From Polyangiales bacterium (GTDB taxonomy: Bacteria > Myxococcota_A > Polyangia > Polyangiales > Ga0077539): a DNA stretch of 64,000 nucleotides. Positions 38,270-46,223 of the stretch are shown in pieces. A model generated the notes under the pieces. That model was not told the origin of the DNA. It ran no database searches and worked only from the letters and a program-made list of their open reading frames with translations. Location of the stretch: the NCBI GenBank assembly GCA_044229975.1, contig JBGARZ010000017.1:1-64000 (forward strand), read 5' to 3'. Both the position numbers and the translations under genes were made by a program. How positions within the stretch are numbered: position 1 is the first letter of the stretch; each line of letters begins with the position of its first letter.

Positions 38270-41200
38270 AAACCCTCTACTTCCACGCCGTCGCCGCCAA
38301 CCCCCGCGTGGCCCACGCGCTGATGTTCCAGGTTGGCAACGTGCTCCGTCCGTTCCGCCGCTTTCTGGGGCAATCGATCTTCGCGGCCCGCGAGCGGCAG
38401 GTCCGCTATCAGCTCCCCTGGAAGCCGGTACCGAACCCTGTGGGGCTCGCGCTGACGGCACGCGACACCCGCATCCGGCTGCGGCGCCCGCCGCCCCGCT
38501 GGCTCTTCTCCGACTGGCCCGCCGCGCGGCCCTTCGACCTGACGCAGCCGCTCATGGTGGTGAGTCGCAGCGTGAACGTCCGGGTGCTCACAGCCGAGCA
38601 CACCCCCGATGGTCTGCGCGTCGAACCCGAGTCTCCCCTCTTCGCCGATGACACGGTCTTCTGGGGTGGTCGTGCCTGTCCGGTGCAGTCCGGGGATGCC
38701 TCCGGGCCACCGCGCACGATCGCGACGGTCGACGGCCACGCGCTCACGCTCCGTACCCCCTTCCACGAGGACGAGGGGGCGTGGTCGGCCACGATCGACG
38801 TGAGCTTCGACGGCGCCGAGCTCCTGGCCGACGGCCAACGGGTCGCGGTCAGCGTCTGCTCCGCGCTCGACGGGGTGACGCGGCTCTACGACGCGGCGGG
38901 GCGCCCGTTCGAGCTGCGCGACGGCGTCTTGAGGGTCGACGAGCTGCCGGCCGAAGGGCTCCTCCGAGCCGACAACGGCGTGCGCTTCGTCTGGCGGTCA
39001 CAAGGCCGGGGCGGGTCGCGTGGACGGTGCGTGCAGTTGCTCGCGCCCCCGAGCGCGCTCGGCGCGGACGACACTCTCGACCCGCGGGCGGCCTTCTGCG
39101 ACGACGACGTGAAAGAGGTCTGGACCCAGGCGCGCCACCACGCCGACACGACCATCAAGGTCCACCGGGTCGACCGCGAGCGGTACCAGCTCACGCTCGA
39201 CCGGCTGCCCCCGGCGGACGCGCTGCTCTACCTGCCGCTCGACCTGCGCACCCTGCGCCTCCAGCAGAGGGCGCTCGCGCAGCTCGCCGACGCTCCGCTC
39301 CCCCACCACGCCCCGCTGCTTCGTCTCTGCGAGGAGCCCGCGAAGGTGCGCTGGCCCGCCGCGGCGCCGCGCTGGCCGAGCCGATGGTACTCGCTCCAAG
39401 ACGAGAGCCGCAGCGGCACCGATGAGCAACGGCGCTTCGTCGCGAAGGCTCTGGGGTCGCCCGACTTCGCGTTCCTGGAGGGGCCGCCGGGGTCGGGCAA
39501 GACCACCGCGATCTGCGAGCTCATCCAGCAACTCGTCGCCGACGGGCAGCGCGTCCTGCTCTGCGCCTCGACGCACGCCGCGATCGACAACGTTCTGGAG
39601 CGTTTGCTGGTCGACCCCGGCGCGCTCGACGCAGTTCGCATCGGGCGCGCCGAGCGCGTCGACGACGCCGTGCTGGGCAGTCAGCTCGATCGCCGGGTCG
39701 AGGCGCTGGTCGGCGCGTGGCGGGGGGTGGGGGCCTTCGCGACGGCGGGCGACGGCGAGCTCCGCGAGATGGCCGAGCGCACCGTCATGATGTCCGCCAA
39801 CCTCACCTGCGGGACGACCATGGGTATCCTCGGCCACCCGCTCTTTCGCGAGCGCAACGGCGCGCGGGACGACCAGCCGGTCGCGACGTCCCCGCACTGG
39901 GACGTGCTGATCATCGACGAGGCCAGCAAGACGCTGACGCAGGAGTTCCTCGTGCCGGCGCTCCTGGCGCGGCGGCACGTCATCGTCGGGGACGTGCGGC
40001 AGCTCCCACCCTTCAGCGATCGCGCCGACGTCGTCGCCAACCTCCGCTCGCTCGCCGACCCGCGCGGTCGCGAGCTCTTCGCGCGCGACCACCAGCGCGC
40101 GATGCTGGTGCTGTTTCGTCTCCGTCGCGAGGCCCTCCGAGCGGCCGGGCTCCGCTGGCTCGTGGCGGAGAGCCCGGGCGTGATCGAATGGATCGTGCGC
40201 GAGCTCGACGCGATGGAGTCGCCGCCCTTCACGACGGCGCGTGTGGTGTCGCGGGTCGGCCGGTCGCCGCGCCACGTCGTCGAGGTGACGACCGACGAGG
40301 TGCTCGCGGGCGCCACACGCGCGCTGCACCTCGCGGCGGCGGAGGTCGTGCTGGTCGGCGAAGACCTCCTCGCGGCGGTCGCGGCCCGGCTCCCCGGCGA
40401 CCTCGCGCCCGCGTGCGACCTCACGGCAGGAAAGGCCGGCCTCGCGGAGTCCGACCCGTGGCTCTTCCGGCACGCGGCGTGGGTCGGCGCCGGGGGCCGC
40501 CTGTCGCGTAGCTACCAGGAGCGCCGGGACGAGATCGCGACCGCGGCGGAGGCCGAGCGCCACGAGCAGCGCTGGCTCTTCGAGCACGACCTGGCCAACG
40601 AGCTGGCGTGGCGCATCACCCGGCTGCACGAGTTGCGTCGGAGCGGCAACCGGTCCGAGCGCGGGCGCCTCCAGCGCGACCTCGCGCGCCTGAAGCCCGG
40701 GGCCGCCGACGTCGACGGTGCCATCGCCGAGATCCAGGACATCGGACTCCCGAGCGTGTTGGAGGTGTTGCAGGAGGGCATCGGCGCCGATCGGGCGGAG
40801 CGGCGCGGCGCGCTCACCGAGGGCCTGGCGAGCCAGGGCGAGGTGTTCGCCGCCCGCTTCGAGCGCCTCTCGTACCAGCACCGCATGCATCCCGAGATCT
40901 CGGCCTTTGCGCGCGAGAATTTCTACGACGGCAACGCTTTGCGCGATGCCAACACCATCGCCCAGCGCGACGCCGACCTCGGGTGGGATTACGGGACCTT
41001 CGGGCGTCGGCGGGTGTGGGTCGACGTCGACGGCCGCGACCAGCAGGGCATCAACACCGACGAGGTGCGGGCGATGCGGGGCGTCCTGGAGGACTTCGTG
41101 CGGTGGGCGAAAGGCCGTCCGCCGCCCGCCCGCCCGTCGTCGCCGCGCTGGGAGGTGGCGTGCCTGTCGTTCTACGCGAAGCAGGAGGGGGCCCTCGCGG

Positions 41201-41517
41201 AGATGCTGGGCGCGCTTACCGGCGACGTCCGGAAGACTCGCTTCCAGTGGCAGGGCGTAGAGATCGTGTGCGGCACGGTCGACCGGTTCCAGGGGCGCGA
41301 GGCAGACCTGGTGCTGCTCTCGCTGCGCAACACCCACCGCGTGGGCTTTCTGGACAGCCCGAACCGGCTGAACGTGGCCGTGACCCGCGCGCGACAGCAG
41401 CTCGTCGTGCTCGGGCGCGCGAGGTACTTCGAGGGCTGCGGGACCCCGGAGCTCGAAGCGTTGGCGAATCGGACCGAGCGCCAGGACGGGCGCCGTTGGG
41501 CGGGAGGACGACGATGA
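38266..41517 (+). CDS. SF1 (Upf1/DNA2/NAM7-like) helicase with unknown N-terminal region
   Basis: EGPPGSGKTT, IIDEASK, VGDVRQLPP, QHRMHPEI, TVDRFQGREAD, NRLNVAVTRAR. Confidence 0.9.
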   Translation: MKTLYFHAVAANPRVAHALMFQVGNVLRPFRRFLGQSIFAARERQVRYQLPWKPVPNPVGLALTARDTRIRLRRPPPRWLFSDWPAARPFDLTQPLMVVSRSVNVRVLTAEHTPDGLRVEPESPLFADDTVFWGGRACPVQSGDASGPPRTIATVDGHALTLRTPFHEDEGAWSATIDVSFDGAELLADGQRVAVSVCSALDGVTRLYDAAGRPFELRDGVLRVDELPAEGLLRADNGVRFVWRSQGRGGSRGRCVQLLAPPSALGADDTLDPRAAFCDDDVKEVWTQARHHADTTIKVHRVDRERYQLTLDRLPPADALLYLPLDLRTLRLQQRALAQLADAPLPHHAPLLRLCEEPAKVRWPAAAPRWPSRWYSLQDESRSGTDEQRRFVAKALGSPDFAFLEGPPGSGKTTAICELIQQLVADGQRVLLCASTHAAIDNVLERLLVDPGALDAVRIGRAERVDDAVLGSQLDRRVEALVGAWRGVGAFATAGDGELREMAERTVMMSANLTCGTTMGILGHPLFRERNGARDDQPVATSPHWDVLIIDEASKTLTQEFLVPALLARRHVIVGDVRQLPPFSDRADVVANLRSLADPRGRELFARDHQRAMLVLFRLRREALRAAGLRWLVAESPGVIEWIVRELDAMESPPFTTARVVSRVGRSPRHVVEVTTDEVLAGATRALHLAAAEVVLVGEDLLAAVAARLPGDLAPACDLTAGKAGLAESDPWLFRHAAWVGAGGRLSRSYQERRDEIATAAEAERHEQRWLFEHDLANELAWRITRLHELRRSGNRSERGRLQRDLARLKPGAADVDGAIAEIQDIGLPSVLEVLQEGIGADRAERRGALTEGLASQGEVFAARFERLSYQHRMHPEISAFARENFYDGNALRDANTIAQRDADLGWDYGTFGRRRVWVDVDGRDQQGINTDEVRAMRGVLEDFVRWAKGRPPPARPSSPRWEVACLSFYAKQEGALAEMLGALTGDVRKTRFQWQGVEIVCGTVDRFQGREADLVLLSLRNTHRVGFLDSPNRLNVAVTRARQQLVVLGRARYFEGCGTPELEALANRTERQDGRRWAGGRR

Positions 41518-42647
41518 GATGTGTGCTGACGGATGACGTCCCGGTCGAGCGCTTCGCGGCGTGCGCAGAGCTGGCGTGGCTGGAGCGCCGGCCCGAGCTG
41601 GGGGCCCTCTGCCGGGCGGCGCGGGACGCCGGGCGCCGCATCTCCGTGGAGGTGGTGTCGGCCGCGCTCCCCGGCGTGGCCGCGGCGGGAGCGAAGAACG
41701 TCGTCGCGTGGTGCCGCGCGTTGGCGCTCTGCGACGAGCACGGCGGTCTCACGCAACTGGGCGACACGGTGGCGAAAGACGACGAGGCGCCCGTGTCCGA
41801 GCAGGGGGTCTTCGACCTGTGGTTCGTCTCGCACCCGCTCCTCGGCGCCCGCGCGCTGCACGCCGAGCGCATCACCGCGAAGCAGGACGGGCGCTTCGAC
41901 GAGATCGTCCTGTTGCCGACGCCGCCGACGCGGGCCGCGGTGTTCCGTTCGGGCGTCGAGCCTGCGAATCGCTTCGTGGTCCGCGCGTGGCTGCCCGCCG
42001 ACGCGGCGCCCGCGGGTCAGCGCCGTGACACCGCCGCGCACTGCCGGGTGCGCTGGACGATGGACTTCGCGAGGGGCCGTGAGCAGTTCACGCTCGACGG
42101 TGCGATCGATGGCACGCGCGGCGCGAACCGCCCGCTCCGACACGAGGCGGAGCCCGCTGACGTCGATCTCGCGAGCGTGCTCCGCGCCTGGGCGGCCGGA
42201 CCGCTGGCGGCCTTCGGCCGGTGGGACGAGGCTCAGGAGCGCCTGGCGGTGCGCTGCGAGGCGCTCTCGGTGGACGAGCAGGAGCGTTTCGCGAAGAGCG
42301 TGCGGCTGCCGGAGGTGACGGTTGCCGGGCGCGGCACCTGGAGGAACGTCACGTTGGAGGACGTCCCGATCGGCCCGGCGACGGCCGACGACGCGACGCA
42401 TTGGGCGGCCGCGCGCCTCGACCGCCGACTGCGCCGCGAGCGCCGCTACCGCACCCGCGCCGACGTGGGCGCGCTCTTCGCCTCCGTCACCGCCGGGACG
42501 GCGCTCGAAGCGCATCGTCCCGTGCTCGCCCCGCACGACGAGCTCCTGGTGCAGTACGCGCTCGCGCCCGCGGTGTTCTGGGGCCTCGCCGCGCCCGCCG
42601 ACCTCGCCCCGACCGACCCCGACTCGAATCTGGAGGCCATGCGATGA
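41514..42647 (+). CDS. Hypothetical protein (377 aa)
   Basis: GGAGG RBS; ATGA overlaps at both ends. Confidence 0.75.
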   Translation: MRCVLTDDVPVERFAACAELAWLERRPELGALCRAARDAGRRISVEVVSAALPGVAAAGAKNVVAWCRALALCDEHGGLTQLGDTVAKDDEAPVSEQGVFDLWFVSHPLLGARALHAERITAKQDGRFDEIVLLPTPPTRAAVFRSGVEPANRFVVRAWLPADAAPAGQRRDTAAHCRVRWTMDFARGREQFTLDGAIDGTRGANRPLRHEAEPADVDLASVLRAWAAGPLAAFGRWDEAQERLAVRCEALSVDEQERFAKSVRLPEVTVAGRGTWRNVTLEDVPIGPATADDATHWAAARLDRRLRRERRYRTRADVGALFASVTAGTALEAHRPVLAPHDELLVQYALAPAVFWGLAAPADLAPTDPDSNLEAMR

Positions 42648-44644
42648 AGTTCCAAGGACCGATCCTGGCGCGGGTGCCGCGTCGTCGTGCCGAGGACCGC
42701 CGCGAGGTGCGGCTCCCGACGGTCTGGGTGCGCGACGGCCGCGAGCCCTTGCTGCCGGAGACGACCGTGTTGCGGTGGGACGCCGGCGACCTGGCCGCGC
42801 CCGTGATCGCGGGCGACACGGTGATCGTGATGCTCTCGGGCGACTGCGCGAGCGCGTCGAGCACTCTGCTCGCGGCGGCCCGGGCGGGCAAGCGGGTCTA
42901 CGTGCTGGCGGCGCCGGGATGGGGGGCGGGGGCGCTCGCGTCGGTGCCGCGCGGCCGCGTGCTGGTGCGCCATGTCGAGGGCCTCCCCGCGACGGCGCTC
43001 TGGAGCGCGGCGGACGCCTTCGTCTGGACCAGCGGCACGTCCGGGGGGGCTTCCTGGCGACTGACGCTCACCGCGCCGCAAGCGCACGCGCTGCGCCTCG
43101 CCATGCTCCGTCTCTTCTGGCACCACGGGCTCGCCGAGGCTTGGAACGACGAAGGTGCCCTCGTCTTCCAGGCCTGTGCGGAGCGTCCGTTCGACGTGCC
43201 CGAGGCGACGAGCGAAGTGCCCATCCAGCTCGTCGCGCGAGGCGCGGCGTCGCCTGCGCTCGCGGGCGACACGGTCTACCTCCCAGGGTTCGCGCCACGT
43301 CCGCATGTGGCCGTGCGCGCGTGGCTGCCGCCGTCGGGGAACAATCACGCGGGCCTCGCGGCGCTGAGGGCGGCGGGCGTGGAGGTGGTCTGGCACGACC
43401 TCGACCTCCCAGCGTGCGGGCTCGCGGGCGACGCCGGTGAGCTGCGCGCCGCGTCGCCGCAGTGGACGCTGTCCGTCGCGCTCGACGCCGCGCAGCGCGA
43501 CGACCTGCGGGAGATCCTGGCGACGGAGGCTCCCTGGCGCTTCCTCACGAACGCATCGCTGGGGGATATCGACCGCTCCCCAGACGTCGTGGTGTGGCTG
43601 CCGGGGTCGAACGCCGCCGCTTCGCTACGCGCGCTAGAGACGCTCGACGCGGGCGAAACCCCGGCGGATTCCCTCCGCGGCTGCGCGACGACCGAGCCGG
43701 TCGCGTTGCCCGCCCCGTCGCCGCTGTCGCTGCGGGTAGAGTGGCAGTGGGGAGTGCGGCCGCCGAGCGCCCCCGCGACCTCGTCGGACGACCCGCTCGT
43801 GCAGGCGTGGCGGCGCTTCGATGCGAGCTTCCGGGCGCGGGTCGAGCTCGCGCGGCGGGCGGTCGACGGTGCGACGACCCGCGCGGAGGGGTTGGGGCGA
43901 AGCTTCGAGTCGCTGCGCGCGGCGGTGCTCGGCTTTAACCGCGCGGGCGTCGACCTCGGCGACCGCCTCGTGCCGCTCGGCGCCCTGACCCCGTCGGCGG
44001 TTGGACCCGACGTCGCTTCCTCCGCGCTGGCGGAGTTGCGCGCGATCGAGGGCGAGGTCGCCGAGCTGCAGCGCGGGTTGAACGCCGAGGAGGCCCGGGC
44101 CCGCGAGGCGCGGGACCGCGAGGAGCAGCGCGATGCCTTCGAGCAGAAACAGGCGGACGACCGTGCCACGCTCGACGCTCACGAGCAGGAGCTGGAGGCG
44201 AAGTCCGCGGCGCTCGCGGAGAAGGAGAAGATTCTCGCCGAGATCGAGGCGAGCCCGAGCCCCGGGCTCAAGGAGAAGGACCGCAAGGCGTCCCTGAAGA
44301 GCTACGGCGACGACCTGCGACGGCTCAAGCCGCGCGTTGACCGGCTGCGTGAGTTGATCGAAGAGGGGAAGCGAAAGCTCGAAGAGTCCTTCGTCTACCG
44401 CCCGAACGCCGTCGTCGGGGGAGCGCCCGCGGGTGGCCGCGCGGCGGGGGCGGCGTTTGTTCCTGCTGCCGGGACGAGCGACGACCTGCGCGCGCCGATG
44501 GACCCGCTTCCGTCGGTCGGTCGGCTCGTGGTGGCGGGCAAGCAGCGCTACCTCGGGATCAGGAACTGGGAGGATCTCGACGTCGCCGAGCGGGAGGCCG
44601 TGCGCCTTTCGGCGCGCCTGGTCGCGGAGGTGGCGGCGCCGTGA
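42644..44644 (+). CDS. Hypothetical protein (666 aa) with C-terminal coiled coil; N-terminus possibly degenerate PLD-like
   Basis: ATGA/GTGA overlaps; long E/K/R-rich helical segment near the C-terminus; no HKD motif. Confidence 0.75.
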   Translation: MKFQGPILARVPRRRAEDRREVRLPTVWVRDGREPLLPETTVLRWDAGDLAAPVIAGDTVIVMLSGDCASASSTLLAAARAGKRVYVLAAPGWGAGALASVPRGRVLVRHVEGLPATALWSAADAFVWTSGTSGGASWRLTLTAPQAHALRLAMLRLFWHHGLAEAWNDEGALVFQACAERPFDVPEATSEVPIQLVARGAASPALAGDTVYLPGFAPRPHVAVRAWLPPSGNNHAGLAALRAAGVEVVWHDLDLPACGLAGDAGELRAASPQWTLSVALDAAQRDDLREILATEAPWRFLTNASLGDIDRSPDVVVWLPGSNAAASLRALETLDAGETPADSLRGCATTEPVALPAPSPLSLRVEWQWGVRPPSAPATSSDDPLVQAWRRFDASFRARVELARRAVDGATTRAEGLGRSFESLRAAVLGFNRAGVDLGDRLVPLGALTPSAVGPDVASSALAELRAIEGEVAELQRGLNAEEARAREARDREEQRDAFEQKQADDRATLDAHEQELEAKSAALAEKEKILAEIEASPSPGLKEKDRKASLKSYGDDLRRLKPRVDRLRELIEEGKRKLEESFVYRPNAVVGGAPAGGRAAGAAFVPAAGTSDDLRAPMDPLPSVGRLVVAGKQRYLGIRNWEDLDVAEREAVRLSARLVAEVAAP

Positions 44645-44856
44645 AGGAGCAACGCATCACCGTCAACATCGACGGATCCGGCGCGCTGCACGCCGACGCC
44701 GAGGGGTTCTCCGGGGACACCTGCGTGAAGGACCTGGAGCGGCTGCTCGAAGGGCTCGCGTCGGGCGTCGAGCGCATCGACCGCAAGCCCCAGGTGCCGG
44801 ACGCGAGCGTGGTCGCGCGCGGCGCGACGCGGGTCGCGACCGGGAGGAAGCCATGA
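44641..44856 (+). CDS. DUF2997-like small protein
   Basis: ITVNIDGSG...AEGFSGDTC pattern; typical partner of Ycf46/DUF1257. Confidence 0.75.
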   Translation: MKEQRITVNIDGSGALHADAEGFSGDTCVKDLERLLEGLASGVERIDRKPQVPDASVVARGATRVATGRKP

Positions 44857-45359
44857 GCGCCTACGTCACGCTGGCGGTCCCGCTCACCGACGAGTCCACG
44901 CTCCTCGCGGCGCTGGCGGAGCTGGGCTTCGGTCCCGCGAAAGTCGAAGTGCACGCCGAGGCGGTCGCGCTGGTGGGCTACGGCGCCGACGCGCGCGCGC
45001 AGCGGGCGCACGTGGTCATTCGCCGACAGCATCTGGGCTCCGCGTCGAACGACGTCGGGTTCGAGCGGACACCCACCGGCTACCGGGCGCATGTGAGCGA
45101 GTACGACCAGGGACGTTTCGGGAGTGGTTGGATGGGCCAACTGCGCGCGGCCTACGACCGCCACGACGCTGCGCGGCTGGAGGCGCTGGCCGCGGAAGAG
45201 CGCCGACGCGAGGAGGAGCGGCGAGCGGTCGAGCGGCGCGCGCTGGTCGAGGCGCAGCGGCAGATGGTACTCGCGAAGGCCGCGGCGCTCGGCTACCGGG
45301 TGGAGGAGACGCGCGAGGGCGAGCGGGTGCGGCTGGTACTGCGAAAGCGGGTGTATTGA
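44853..45359 (+). CDS. DUF1257 (Ycf35-like) protein
   Basis: MSAY...LLAALAELG...LVGYG...AHVVIRR...SNDVGFER...GYRVEE. Confidence 0.8.
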   Translation: MSAYVTLAVPLTDESTLLAALAELGFGPAKVEVHAEAVALVGYGADARAQRAHVVIRRQHLGSASNDVGFERTPTGYRAHVSEYDQGRFGSGWMGQLRAAYDRHDAARLEALAAEERRREEERRAVERRALVEAQRQMVLAKAAALGYRVEETREGERVRLVLRKRVY

Positions 45360-45931
45360 TGCGCCCGGGGCCGACGCTCAACGTCGCGCGGTGGGTCGCG
45401 CGGAGCCGCGTCAACGGGCCCGGCGAGCGCTTCGTGCTGTGGGTGCAGGGGTGCGCGATCCGCTGCGCTGGCTGCTGGAACCGCGACACCTGGAGCCACG
45501 TGCCTCGCGTCAGGATGACGGTTGACGAGGTGCTTCGCGAGGTCGACGCGGCGAGCGGGATCGACGGGGTCACGCTCACGGGCGGCGAGCCATTCGAGCA
45601 GGCGGAGGCTTTGCTACCGCTGGCTGAGGCGCTGCGTGCGCGCGGGCTCTCGGTGATGGCGTTCACCGGGCGGGAGCCCGCCGAGCTGTCGGGTCCGGCG
45701 GAGCGTGCGTTGATTGCGTGTCTCGACGTGCTCGTCGTGGGGCGCTACGAGGCGGCGCAACGCTCGTTGGACCTCGGGTGGAGGGGCTCGCGCAACCAGC
45801 AGATCCGGTTCCTCACGACCCGGCATGACGAACGCGATCTCCCCGCGGGCCGCGAGGCGGAGGTCCACCTGTCGCCCGACGGCGCCATCGTCGTGATGGG
45901 CTTTCCTGAGGCGGGACTACTGTCGGTTTGA
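45359..45931 (+). CDS. NrdG-like radical SAM (4Fe-4S) protein
   Basis: NGPGERFVLWVQGCAIRCAGCWN (CxxxCxxC), GVTLTGGEPFEQ, WRGSRNQ; TGATG overlap. Confidence 0.9.
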   Translation: MRPGPTLNVARWVARSRVNGPGERFVLWVQGCAIRCAGCWNRDTWSHVPRVRMTVDEVLREVDAASGIDGVTLTGGEPFEQAEALLPLAEALRARGLSVMAFTGREPAELSGPAERALIACLDVLVVGRYEAAQRSLDLGWRGSRNQQIRFLTTRHDERDLPAGREAEVHLSPDGAIVVMGFPEAGLLSV

Positions 45932-46223
45932 GCGAGGCGCCGACGGCGCCATCGCTGCCGCAACCCCACCGCGCTCCTATCGACCCGGCTGCGCGAGCTC
46001 ATCGAACACCGCATCGGGTAGCGCCTCGGGATTCGGAATCGCACGTTCATGGTTTCACGCTTCTCGTCCGAGTCGACCCGATCCTCGCGCTGTTCGGTGT
46101 GCTCGACGGGCTGAGCGACGAAGGGGCTGGAGCAGCAACCGAAGCACCTCCGAAGAGCGCCGCGGGTCGTCCGCGTCCCAGCCTCGGTGATCTCCTACGG
46201 GGTGAGCGCGGAGCAGACCCTCT

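Noticed and set aside
38266..44644. Calling the helicase + PLD-like gene a Mokosh system
   Set aside because: No kinase domain and no intact HKD motif, and the Ycf46/DUF1257/radical SAM context differs.
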